NCBI GenBank assembly: GCA_001643675.2
Contig: LSRY02000032.1
Span: forward strand, 930,001 to 994,000
DNA from: Monocercomonoides exilis PA203
Taxonomy: Eukaryota > Protista > Preaxostyla
Length of the DNA stretch: 64,000 nucleotides
Direction of reading: 5' to 3'
Numbering within the stretch: position 1 is the stretch's first letter; each line of letters starts with the position of its first letter. Of the stretch, positions 38,701 through 50,965 are shown piece by piece. A program made the translations under genes and the position numbers. The notes beneath the pieces were generated by a model. The model saw nothing but the letters and a program-made list of their open reading frames with translations. It had not been told where the DNA came from and did not search any database.

Positions 38701-41700
38701 GTTCCGTTTGTTTCGCAGCAGGCTGCGTTGTGGATGGAAAGCGAGGGATGAACAGGCGGTGGAGAAGTGGGGCGTTCAGCGTCTGTTGTGAAGGCAGGGG
38801 CAGATGGAATGTCGATGGGAGTGACTTTGGGCTCAGGATACGGCTGGGCAGGGACAACATATTTGGGGATGCTTTCAACATCAACTGGAACATACTGCTT
38901 GGGAACAGGCGAAGCGACTGCGCTGCCAAATTGCCTGCCAAATGAAAATGACGACGGAGAAGAAGAAGAAGAAGAAGGATTCCCCATGATCATCTGCTCC
39001 ATCCTCTTCTGCACTTCTTCTGGTGTCTCCACATTTTCCTGTGGTTTTGTCTTCACAGACTCCTTCCCTTCGTCTTCCAACAAAAACGTCTTCCCGTTTT
39101 TATTCTCTGCACTCTCATCAGTTGCCAATGGAGGTGTTGGCAGTTTCAACTCTTCGTCAGGCACATCAAACCCATTCAGCCCATCAAAATTGATGTCGAG
39201 TTCCTCTGGAATAGGAGGTGGTTCCGGCAGCTCCAAAACAGACGGCGAGAGGATTGGGCCGAGGGGAGGCGTGAAAGCGTCGTCGAGAGGCGGCGGGGGC
39301 TCGTCGAGGATGTCTGGAAGGAGGCTGTCGTCGAGCTTGGGCAGCGGAGGAGAGATGGGGGTGATCAGAGGAGGAGTGTTGAGAGACATGATAGACGGAT
39401 CGTCGAGTGAGGGAGAAGGAAGAGGAGCTGGCGGGTCATCATCGTCATCACCATCGATGCTGCCATTGAAGCCAGAAATGCTGCTGTTTTGAGTGTTTGT
39501 GCTAGCAGCTGAATTTGATGATGAGGCAGATGCAGAGCCAGCAGGAGAAGAAGGGGTGAGTGGAGAAGAAGGAGAGATCGGAGACGAAGGCGGATCAAAC
39601 TCTGCCATCAGTGCATTGTCGTCCACACCAGGTGTGGATGTGGGCATTGGCGGTGAAACATAGCCAGATTTCGCCGTTTTGCCGTAGAGCTCGTCAGACG
39701 AGTCGTCTGGCGAAGGGATGCTGCTGTCGCTGTCTCTGTCGCTGTCTGTTATGTCGCTGGAATCTGGTGTCGGTGGAGACGAATCAGAATCGTCAGAATC
39801 AGAAGCCCTCTTCTTCTTCTTCTTCTTGTCTTTCTTCTTCTTCTTGTCCTTCTTCCCATCTTTCCCTTTCTTCCCTTTCTTCCCTTTCTTTAGCTTTAAT
39901 GTCTTATCTTTCTCTTTCTCTTTCTCCTTCTCCTTCTTCATCTGCTCCTGCTGTGAGTTCTTCGACAGATGAGGGTCCATCGAAGGCGGAAAACACTTCG
40001 TGCAAAGCGACGAGACAGGCGCTCCTTCGCAGATTCGCTCCGGCAGCGCCACACGTTGCTTGAATGTGTCTCCGTTCTTCTTCTTCTTCTCGTCTTCCTC
40101 GGCGCTTTCAGCTGGCTCGCCAGAAAGAGATTTCTTTGATTTCGCATTGGACTCATCGACTTCTTCGCCCAGTGAATATTTTGTCCACTCAAACCAGGAC
40201 TGGTCTTCTTCATAGCGATCAGCTAACCCTGCCACTATCTGCTTGGCAAGGTCGTGTGAGGAAGAGGGGGGAAGAAATGGGCTGATGACACCAGAAGAGG
40301 GAGAAGAGGGTGAAGAAGAAGAAGAAGAAGATGATGATGATGAATCAGAAGAAGATGACTGAGAAATAGCATTCTTCAATGAATATGGTGTTGGATGAGC
40401 CATTTCTGACTGCGGGAGGAAGGCTCCATCGAGAGCCTTCTCGTAACACAAGGGCACACTCACCTTCTCGTCAGCATTCCTCAGAAGAGCCAGCAGCTGT
40501 CTCTGGTTGAACTCAGCATCGTCCAACTTCAGCCTCTTTGCGAGTATCTTGTTCTTCAGCATGACCTCCTTCCTCGTCTTCGCTTTTCTGACGAGCTCTT
40601 CCTCGAACAGCATCAGCGGCGTGTGCACCATCCACGGCGTGCCATTCAGAGGGAGCAGAGAGCAGCTGACGTTTCTGATGAACACAGAATGCCTCGAGAG
40701 GTAGTTCATAAACACCAAATTTCTGTATGTCTGCGACTCCTTCAAGAGAGGCAGGAATTTTGGATCAAATGCTTTGAGTCTCTCTTGCACTGCTTTGTAG
40801 TTCTGTCCAGTCAGAAACTGCTTCGTCGCCTCAGCCAGCGCCTCTGCGCTGCGTCGGGTGAAGGGAACCATCCGAAAGAGCTCAGCGGGAGAGGTAGAGC
40901 GGAAAGGGGAGAGGAGAGACCTGGAGGGAGAGGATGAGCGATAGAGACTGCTGGTGCTGAGCTGGCGGAGAAGAGATGAGCGGCACTTGGGGAGAAGAGG
41001 GGTGCTGAGAGTGGAAGAAGAAGAGGAGGAGGAAGAGGAGGAGGAAGGAGAAGAAGGAGAAGGAGAAGAAGGAGAAGGAGAAGAAGGAGCAGGGGAATTG
41101 CTCTCATTTGCCTTGGAAAGAGTGGTTGATGATGATGCAGAAGGACTTTCTGGTTCGTCTGGATTGAAGCTGAAGTCCATCTTTGGTGGAATTGACTGCG
41201 AAGAAGAAGAAGAAGGCGAAGTTATTCCATCTCCGTCGCTGCTGTCTGAGTCATCGTCATCATCATCACTTTTGCCCCCACTCTCAATGACTGACTCCAG
41301 CACACTCTGGTCGATGCCTCTCAGATACACATTCACCGCCTCGCCCCATTTCGTGGCGCCGATGTAGTTGAAGGAGATGTCCAGATACATCAGCCACTGC
41401 CCATCGTTCATCCCTTTGTCGGGTGTGTAGTCCTTCATCTCCAGCTTCTCTCTCTGTTTGTACGCCACTCGCATGCTCTGCATCTCCAACACCCTCGGCA
41501 CATTCGACACTTTCGGCATGGGCTTCGGCTTCGGCTTCTCTTTCTTCTTTTGAGCATCAGTTTTCTTTGAAGACGAGCGGAAACGAGAAAAGCAGCTGAA
41601 GAAAGAAGACTCTTCTTTCCTCTTCTCGTTGAGGGCTGCCTCCATCGGCTGGTAGAAGCCATCCAACAGCCATTTGCTCTCTTCCTCTTCCTGCTCCGCA

Positions 41701-44204
41701 TCACGTGGATGTCTGTTGAACGGCAGCAGCTGCTCATCTGCAAAGTCATTCTGAGAAGAAGATGATGAGGAAGCAGAAGAGTCTGATCCGTTTTTGCCTC
41801 CCTTTCCCTTAGCACCACCAGCTGATGAAGCAGAGCTTGATGCAGATGGCAATCTGTTGAATGGCTCCTCCACACACAAATGACATACACACCCAGGTGC
41901 ATGCCCCGGTGTCCGTGTGTACTCCCACCTCGCCAGCTCTTCCAGCGGCCTCTCCTTCACAGCCTCCATTGCAGCTGCCCTGTCTGCCTCAGGAAGAGTC
42001 CATTGAGCGCCTTCCAGTTTGGCGATGCTGTCTGGCTGGAGGCGCTTGTCGTGCATGAGGGCGCGCCAGGGGAGTGTGGAGAGGTGGTTGTGGGACAAGT
42101 CCACATACACCGTCTTCATCGTCATCGGGAAGAAATGTGCAGACAGACTGCGGATCTGGTTGTAGGAGAGGTCCAAGCGGAGCAGCAAGGGGCAGATGCG
42201 GAACAAGTCGTCAGGGACGGTTTTGATGCGGTTGTGTGCCAGGAGCAGCGTCTGGATGTCGATGAACTTCAGCACAAGAGAAGGAAACGTGGTGAGTCTG
42301 TTGCTGTTGAGCTTGAGGTGGTCGAGCGAGGCAAATGAAGGGCGGCCGCCGGGGATGATGGGACCAGGGTCAGTGTCAGTGGCTGTGCGGATGGCTGGCT
42401 TTTGCCCAGGGATGCGGACGAAGAAGTAGTTCTCGACGTCCTTGTAAGACGGGAGCTGGCTGATGCGGTTGCCTTCGAGGGTGAGCTTGCGGAGGTTGGG
42501 GAGGGCGAACAGCCAGCAGGGCACTTCAGCTATTTGGTTGAAGTCCAAGTTGAGGGTGTAGAGCTCGACAAGGCCAGAGAGGCAGACGGGGACTTCGGTG
42601 AGGTAGTTGAAGGAGAGATCCAACGTGTGCAGGCGCTTCATCTGGAAGACGGCGGGGTCTAATTCGCGTATCTGGTTGGCAGCGATGAGGAGGTTGACGA
42701 GGCTGGTGCTGGTGAGAGAGGGAGGGAAGCAGCCGAGCTGGTTGAAGCGCACCAGAACGGACTGCACTTTCCATGTGGCTGGAAAAGCCTCGGGAAATTC
42801 TGTGATTCGGTTGCGGTCGCAGGAAATGTAGTTGATGTTGTCGCCGACGTCGGGAAAGCGGGTGAGGAAGTTGTCAGTCAGCTGGATTCTGAACTGGTCG
42901 CGGTTGAAAATGAGAGGAGGGACGCGGGTGATCATGTTCTCGACGGCAATAAGACCGCTGATTAGCTGATGATGACATGGACAAACATGGGGAATATGAG
43001 AAAGTTGGAAAAAAAAGAAGAAAAATATATCGTTTTGAAACAAAACAGATAACAAAATTAAACTTTATTTGAGGTTGAATAATTAAAATCTAGTTTCTAA
43101 ATTGATAATCAGAAATAATATCAGAAATGGTGCTCGATAAATAGAACTTAAAAAATGTTCTGTTTGCTGTTTCATTCAAAAAATTGCACTTATCGTTCTT
43201 CAGTTTTATAGCTTCACACCTTCAAAGAAGAAATAGAGCGAGGAAGATAAGCCAGCTTATTTTCTTTGAAATCAAAATTCTGCAAATTCGGTATCAGCAT
43301 GGCGATATCATCTGGCAGAGAGCGAAGAGCATTGCCTTGCATTTGGAACTGTTTGATGTTTGGACAGATTTTGAAAGTCTAAAAAGAAGCAACAACAAAT
43401 TCACTCATATGTTTAAAAGATTATTAAGTATAAATTCACACATATCGTGAAACATGTTCTATCTCGTTCATTCTCAAATCTACGTACTCTAAATAATTCA
43501 CTGAAGAAGTTTTAGGTAGGCTGAAATCTTTAAGTTCATTTGTTAAAAGAGTAAGTTGATTCAAGCGAGGGGAAGTTATCGGATATATGATTGAATGAAT
43601 ATTACTTGCTTCTAAATCAATCTTCTTTAAAACTTGATGATTGATTGGTGGAAGTGTCGTCATCCTTTTAAAATGAACATCATGTTAAATATTCAGAAAT
43701 TATCGAAAAAATCATACCAAGACTTGGAGGAGCCAAGTATCATCAAAGCAGGAAAAATCACTCCCAAATCATGATTAAAATACGTCATTTTATTTTGACC
43801 AATTTGAAGATCAACAACTTTTTTAAATATCGCATGAGGAAACTCTTCCAAATTACACAAAGAAAAATCCTGAATGAAAGTAAAAATGAAAACAATATGA
43901 GAAACGAAATTGCACCTTTTGGGGGGAAAATGTGTTATGAAATTCAAACGAGTTTATCCAAAGATTCAAGATTTGCTAAGTGGGCTGGAATAACATGAAA
44001 TAAGTTTTTTGAAGCGTTAATTGTGCGAACATTTGGAAACACATCATCGATGCGAGGAAGATCCTCAAGTGTATTTGAAGATATATTAATGTTTTTCACG
44101 CTTGGTTTTTTTGTAGATACTGCGCTTTTTGGAATGGTTGAAAGATTTTTGTTTGCAAAATTTAGACCTGGTCCGTCTAGTTTCAAACTTTGGATTCCTC
44201 CCAT
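35766..44204 (-). CDS. LRR + PP2C (PPM) protein phosphatase, PHLPP/Cyr1-like domain order, at least 6 exons
   Basis: N-terminal LxxLxLxxNxL repeats over exons 44204-43950, 43869-43718, 43664-43442, 43378-43220, a probable short exon ~43096-43064 and the long last exon. PP2C motifs RPSMED, VFDGHHG, ANVGDSRAVL, DHKP, LAVGRAMGD, CDGVYD and DNVSVIVV. Confidence 0.88.
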
Positions 44205-44339
44205 ATATTTCTTTCAATGAAAAATAAGAAATGAAAATTAAAAGCAAGTGAGAGCCAACAATAGAAAAATTGTTCTCTCTCCACAAAATCTAATTTAATA
44301 ATGGTGATATTGATCTTATGAACAAATAACAACAACACT

Positions 44340-45359
44340 TCATCCAAAAGGAGAAGGAGAGGGTCGAGGAGTTGCACCGGGTGATGTTAATGAATTATGA
44401 GGAAGAGTAACAGAAGTTATATGTTGTGTGGGAAGTTTAACTCCAAATTTATCATCAGATTCAAATAACTAAAAAAAGGTTTTTCAAAAAAAAATATAAA
44501 ATAAAATAAAATAAAATAAAATACATAAAAATATATGCACATAAACAAAAAATTACAACAAATGCAATAATAAAAATCTCTTTTAAACCTTTGATTGTCC
44601 ATAATCAACTTTTGTTTCAGCATATCTCTTTAATTGATCTGTTACAGAAACTCTCTGAGGAATGAGCGTCCATCGCTCATGAATGAGACCGTCTATCCGA
44701 GGATAAATTTGAGGAGGTGGTATTGGCTTTGGAATAGAATGTAAAAGTGCAAGTTGAGGATGAATTGCAGCAGGGGCAATTACTCCAGGAAATTTTTCTA
44801 GTGATTTTATTTCTGCATCACATTATTCCAAAATCAGAGTAGAATAATAACTCCTGAACAAAGAAAACAAAAGAAAAAGAAAAAGAACCATGCGTTGAAA
44901 TTGATAACGAAAGAGAAATTGGTTCCCCCTCCTTATATTTCATTGTTCTTTGGAGATTAAACTGTCTGAAAGGCATTCCCTGCCTTTCAGGAGGATTTGC
45001 AAGTACTATGCCGGGAAAGTACTTTAATAGTAAAATTAATGCAAAATATCAATGAAAAAAACATGCATATTTGTTGATGGTTTTGTAATAAAAGCAATCA
45101 TACTCTCGGCTCGGAATCAGGAGCGCTTTGCACTTGAGAAAAGAAGAACGATCCAATGCGCGTTGGTTCTTTAAGTTGTTTCCATTCCTTCATTAGAGCA
45201 GTTGGAACTTTTAGGAGCCAAACCTACAATTATTATTTCCCAGTTATAATTTGTAATAACACAATTATTTACTCAAACATCAGTTTCCAAATTGGACGTA
45301 TTTATTATTTCTTTTGCCGTCCGAGGAACTTCTTCCCGTGAATCAACATCAGTATCCAT
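44340..45359 (-). CDS. TFIIF beta subunit (RAP30/Tfg2)-like protein, ~228 aa; exons 45359-45279, 45223-45104, 45021-44889, 44812-44589, 44468-44340
   Basis: Manual splicing through four GT-AG introns gives an open frame: ...INTSNLETDVWLLKVPTALMKEW...RIG...RIDGLIHERWTLIP..., resembling the RAP30 N-terminal motifs (VWLVKVP..L...W, EG.V......P). Not in the ORF track. Confidence 0.65.
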
Positions 45360-45852
45360 CATTTCTCCAAAACTTTATTTATTATTTTGATCAAAACAGA
45401 ATAAAATTGAGATTCGATCAATTTTTTTAACAATCTTATTGTGAACAAAACAGTGAACAAAGCTATGTTAATTGCTGTTATGATCACCATTTTATTTCAC
45501 TCATTAAAACTGGTTTCATTGATAAGAAATAAATTCTCAAAATGCTGAAATGATTTAATCACAAATTAAAAACGATTTTTCTTTTAATTATACTATCTCA
45601 AAATATTGAAAATGAAGCTTTTCAGTCTATGCATCGAAAATTATCAGTCTTTATACAAACTTGATTTATTTATTAATTTATTCATTGACTTGAATAGTTG
45701 TTTTTTTCGAATGAAAAATCCATCTTCAAAGACAAATTTTTACATTGAAAGTTATTAAAATTATTTTTAAAGGAAAGATTATCATAACAAAGTTCAAAAT
45801 TATTGATGCAGAAAAAATCATTGAAATTGGTATGTCCCATTTTATATTTCTT

Positions 45853-48387
45853 ATGATGGAGAGTGTAAAGATTGTGTGCCCGTCGGCTGTGGAGACTAAT
45901 TATGTTCCTGATGTTGGAAAGATGAGTCCAGCTTATGTTTTACAAAATTTTTATTCTGCACTGACAACTTTTGAACAAAGTGAAATAATGTCTTATCAAC
46001 ATATTTATTATTTCGGACAAAGAGCAAAACGGAAGATAAAAGGTTGCTTATTGAAGCAACCAAATAACGGATATGATGATGAAAATGGAGATTTTTTGAT
46101 GTATTTAAATGATCATGTTATCTATCGATATGAAGTTGTTGATGTACTTGGAAAGGGTTCTTTTGGGCAATGTGTCAAAATTCTTGATCACAAGACTCAT
46201 GAACTGTATGCATTAAAAATTCTTAAAAACAGGAAAAGATTTTATCGACAAGGCTTGGTTGAAGTACAAATCTTGGAATATCTTCGAGATCATGATTCAA
46301 CAGATACATCAAATACAATTCGTTTAATGGACTTTTTTAATTTCAGGAATCACTTGTGCTTGGTATTTGAATTACTATCTTTGAGTCTTTATCAAGTGTT
46401 AAGAATAAAACATTTTGAACCTCTGCCAATTCAAAATGTGAGGGTTATTACTGCTCAGTTATTGAATTCCCTGAGTTACCTAAATCAACAACACATTATT
46501 CATTGCGATTTAAAGCCAGAGAATATTTTATTTTTTGAATCGGTTGGAGAAAAAATAAAGAACGGATCCTTACAGGGATGCAATAATGAATATCTTCCAT
46601 TGAAATTAATTGATTTTGGATCATCATGCTTTAAGCAGCAAAGAATCTACAATTACATTCAATCGCGGTTCTATCGAGCCCCAGAAGTTATTTTGGAACT
46701 AGACTATGGGTGCGAGATTGATATGTGGTCGTTGGGGTGTGTGGTTGGAGAGTGTGTGAAAGGAAGGCCGCTATTCAATGGGAAAGATGAACATGATCAG
46801 CTGATGCAGTTTGTGGAAGTTTTGGGGCTGCCGCCGCGCGAAATGATATGCGCAAGCAAGAAAAGAAAGAAGTTCTTTGACGAAAAGCTTGTTCCGCATG
46901 GGATGGTGCTTCCATCGAGCGAGAGGGAAGAAGAAAGAGGAGCAGACAGACTGAGACGATCGCAGACTGCAAGAAGTACAGAAAAGGCGATAAAAGAAAG
47001 AGGAGCAGTGGAAAGTGAAGATTCTGATGAAAACAATGAAGAAGAAGATAATGATAGCGACGACGACGATGATGATGAGTCAACTGAGAGTTCTGAAGGT
47101 GACTTGTCACATCGTCATCGAAATCATCATCATCCTCATCATCATCATCGCTCTTCCAAACGAGTAGTCTCCTCAAAAACGCTGCGCAGTCTTCTCCAGT
47201 GTGACGACCCTGACCTGCTCTCTTTTCTCGCAGGCTGTTTTGTGTGGGAGCCTTCGAAGCGGATGACAGTGAGCGAGGCAGCACGCCACCCTTTTGTGCA
47301 GCGTGGGCTGCCTCTGCCGCCGTCTGCGAGAGAACTCGGCTATCTCCCAGCAGCCCTGCCTGCCTCTTCTCTCACTGCGCCTTCGCTCCCAGCAGCTATG
47401 CGGTGCTCGCAAAACTGGACGATGGTACAGTCTGCTTCGGGTTCTTCATCGGAGATGAAACAACAACAGAGTCAACAACAGAAGCAACAACCACAACAAC
47501 AACAGATACAGCCGATGTCAGCTGCAAAGACAAACAAAGCAGCAAAGATAATTTCAGAATCTTCTTCACAACCTTCTCAACTGCCTGCAGCACCAGTCAA
47601 AACAACTCTTCCATCAAAGACACATTCTGCAGAGACAAAAACAGACTCATCGCATTTCCAGCCAAAAGCCACACCAACAACACGGCAGCGTCTTCAGCAG
47701 CCAGCCAATTCGAATGGAACGCCTCGTTCTCTGTTTAATCCTGCCGCATCGAGCGCTCGAGGGAGCATGAGGAATAACACATTGCACAAGTCTCTATTGC
47801 CCCCTTCTTCTTCTTCTTCTTCTTCTTCTTCGGCAGCTTTCAAACCAGACTCAAAATTCAGTCGATATTTGCATCTCGACCTGTCAGAGCAGAAGAAGAA
47901 TTCCTCACAAGACTCTTATTCACAACAACAGCAGCAGCAATCACAGCCACAAAATCCATCATCATCTCCCCCACAGCACTCAGAAAGAACACAATTTACG
48001 CCCCGCACGCTCCGCCGTGTGTCTACTCACCCGATCGTGTCCAGGCCAACGCCTCGTCTGCACAACAGACAGAAGAGCGAGTCATCTGCAGCAGGTGCTC
48101 TACACTCGTCTGCTGTGTCTAATGCTTCCCTCTCTCAGTCACTGCCAACGTCACTCACTTCCTCTCCATCAGCGTCTGCCTCTGTTCAGTCAGATACAAC
48201 TGCCGCTTCTGCTTCAACTGCTTCATCAGCATCAACAGCATCATCTAATTCATCAGCTGTGTCTCAATCGTCTTTCCAGCCTTCTCTCTTTTCAGCTGTT
48301 CATTCATCTCCTCGCCACTCACTGAAGACAGTGCTGCCTTATCCATTGAAGTCTCCGTCACACTCATTTTCCTTCGGTCTAACTGCT

Positions 48388-48423
<36 letters not shown>

Positions 48424-48942
48424 TCCTCATCCTCCGCATCATCATCCATCACCAACAAACCAGACTCTGTCCCTTCTCTCCTTCGCCAGTCTCTTCCTGA
48501 GCAGAAGCTGCTGGCATTGCGTTCGCAGCAGTCGCATCGCTTTGACCCGATGCGGCATTCTTCGCTTATCTCGTGGCAGACCTCTCTTCCAGCAGCATCA
48601 CTGCACAAACAGACACACGCTGCTTCCTCTGCTGCTAAACAGCTTCAATTGGATGATTCTGATATAAAGTCTTCTTCTTCTTCTTCCTCTTCATCTTCCT
48701 CTTCCTCTTCTTCTTCCTCTTCCTCTCCCAAGCAGCTGATTGTCAATCCGCCTGCGCAGAAGTCCCTCCGCAGCGTCGATGCGAACCCGCTGACGCCGCC
48801 TTCGCTTTCGAACGACGGCGCAGAGCTTTCTCCGAACTCGCCTTCTTTCGCCTCCACCGCCCTTTCCTCTGCCTCTTCAGACTCGCCTGTGATGTCTCCG
48901 TTTGCTTCTGGCATTCCGCCGGAACAGACTTTCGAGCATTGA
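45853..48942 (+). CDS. Class-2 DYRK dual-specificity kinase with a long Ser/Gln-rich C-terminus
   Basis: NAPA-like IYYFG region, DH box GYDDENGDF, GKGSFGQ, HCDLKPEN, DFGSS, YNYIQSRFYRAPE (YxY). Start codon uncertain (ATG at 45832, 45853 or 45856). Confidence 0.9.
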
Positions 48943-49855
48943 CAGACGCTTCTCTGTTGTTGGCTTTCTATTTAAATTTTAATCGTATTTCATAATATTT
49001 CTTTTCTTTTCTTTTCTTTTCTTTTTTCCTTTTTTTCCTTTTTTTCCTTTTTTTTTTCCTTTTTTTTCTTATTTTGATTGCTATTGTGTTAACTGATAGG
49101 AGTATCAATTTTGCTAATCTTTTGATCCAACACCTCATTTTTTTTTTGGATTGGATGTGACAAGTTATTCGGTTTTGCTTATTTTTGAGTATTGCACTAT
49201 TTTTCACGTTTTACCAAAGTGAATGAATTTTAAGCTCAGTAGTTTATTTTATTTTTTTTTTTAATATTTTTTTTCCATTTTCTTATTGAATTTTTATATC
49301 TGCATTATACAAATAATTGTTCCTATTCTTGTGTTTGTTCTTGATCGTTGTGACTGTTCTGATGAAGTGGCGTTAATGTTCAAAACTTGTATTTTCCATT
49401 TAACCTCAATTTTTCCTTTTCTTATTGAATAATTCACTATATTGGATCAGATTTGATCAATTAATTTATTGCATTTTTAAAGTTTTTGGATAATTTTCAT
49501 TTTTTTATTTTTGTGAGTATCTGCCTAAATAATACTTATAATTTATCATAAAGATGAGACAATTAGTCCTTTCTTTTTCATTCTTTTCCTTTTTTCCCTT
49601 TTTTTGATTCCTTTTTTTTTTTTTTTTTTGTTTTTGACTTCCTTTCCTTTGAATACCTATCATTTCACAAAATGTGCATCTTTTTAAAAATAAAGAGCAT
49701 CTCACATTGAATAATGCATCAAAATTTTGATGTGTTCAAAAAAAATCATACAAATAAAATCCACATAAATAAATGTTTTGATCTATCCCGCTGTTCAAAC
49801 TTTTGATAATCCCTTATCTGACTGAAAGATCTTAAATTGATTGAAAAAGAAGGAA

Positions 49856-50812
49856 ATGGCAACAAAGAAAGAGAAAAAAGCTCTCTATTTCGAGAAGGTT
49901 GTGAAGCTTTTTGCAGAATACGAAAAAGTGATGGTTGTTAGCATCGACAATGTGAGCTCTGCTTTGATGCAACAAACTAGACATGCACTCAGAGGAAAGG
50001 CTGTTATGTTGATGGGAAAAAACACTCTTATCCGTAGAGCTATGACCAATGTTAAGAATATTCCCGGACTTCATCATTTGACCAACGCCCTGAAGTCCAA
50101 CGTTGGGTTGATCTTCACAAATGGAGATCTTTCTGAAGTTCGTGATATCATTGCAAAGAACAAGATCTCAGGACCAGCAAAGCCAGGATCAATTGCTCCA
50201 TGCGATGTCGTTGTTCCAAAAGGAAACACAGGTCTCGAGCCAGGTCAAACAACTTTCCTTCAGGCCTTGAACATTGCAACAAAAATCACAAAAGGAACAA
50301 TCGAAATTTTGAATGACGTCAAAGTTATCACCAAAGGAGAGAAAGTCGGAAACTCTGAAGCTGCTTTGTTGAGCAAGTTGAAGATTACTCCATTCTTCTT
50401 TGAGATCACTCCTGTGACAATCTTTGAGAATGGCTCAATGTTCCCAATTGACATCCTTGATGTTAAGGATGAAGATTTGGAAAAAGCGTTCATTGAAGGA
50501 AACCAAAAACTCACAGCTTTCTGCATGTCAACTGGTGTTCCTTGCGCTGGAGCAATTCCATATTATTTGAAGGAAGGTTTCAAGAACATGTGCGCTGTTT
50601 GTGAAGCCACTTCATATGAATTCCCATTGTTCAAGAAATTCTCTGAGTCAGTGGTTGTTGCAGCCCCAGCTGCAGCTGCAGCTTCATCTTCTGATGATTC
50701 AAGTTCTTCTTCTTCTTCTTCTGATAAGGCCGAATCAAAGAAAGAAGATAAGAAGGAAGAGCCAGCTGTGGAAGAGGAGGAACAGGATTTGGGAGGTCTC
50801 TTTGACTTCTAA
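49856..50812 (+). CDS. RPLP0: 60S acidic ribosomal protein P0 (uL10)
   Basis: LRGKAVMLMGKNTLIRRA, GNTGLEPGQTTFLQALNIATKITKGTIEI, Ala-rich hinge and acidic tail ending GLFDF; intronless. Confidence 0.97.
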   Translation: MATKKEKKALYFEKVVKLFAEYEKVMVVSIDNVSSALMQQTRHALRGKAVMLMGKNTLIRRAMTNVKNIPGLHHLTNALKSNVGLIFTNGDLSEVRDIIAKNKISGPAKPGSIAPCDVVVPKGNTGLEPGQTTFLQALNIATKITKGTIEILNDVKVITKGEKVGNSEAALLSKLKITPFFFEITPVTIFENGSMFPIDILDVKDEDLEKAFIEGNQKLTAFCMSTGVPCAGAIPYYLKEGFKNMCAVCEATSYEFPLFKKFSESVVVAAPAAAAASSSDDSSSSSSSSDKAESKKEDKKEEPAVEEEEQDLGGLFDF

Positions 50813-50965
50813 ATGTAATTTTTCAAAGAAGTTCTGTTTTATCAGAGAATCATTTGAATTTTCAATTGACCCTATTTTTGCAAATGATTGTTTTGATAAA
50901 TTGAACAGAAGCTTTTTTCTCAAACAAGTATTTTTTTTTTCTTTGATTTTATAAAAATTGTTTGA

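Noticed and set aside
44183-44377. Alternate-frame ORF as the missing TFIIF-beta winged helix
   Set aside because: No convincing winged-helix motif, no splice path found, and it overlaps the next gene's start.
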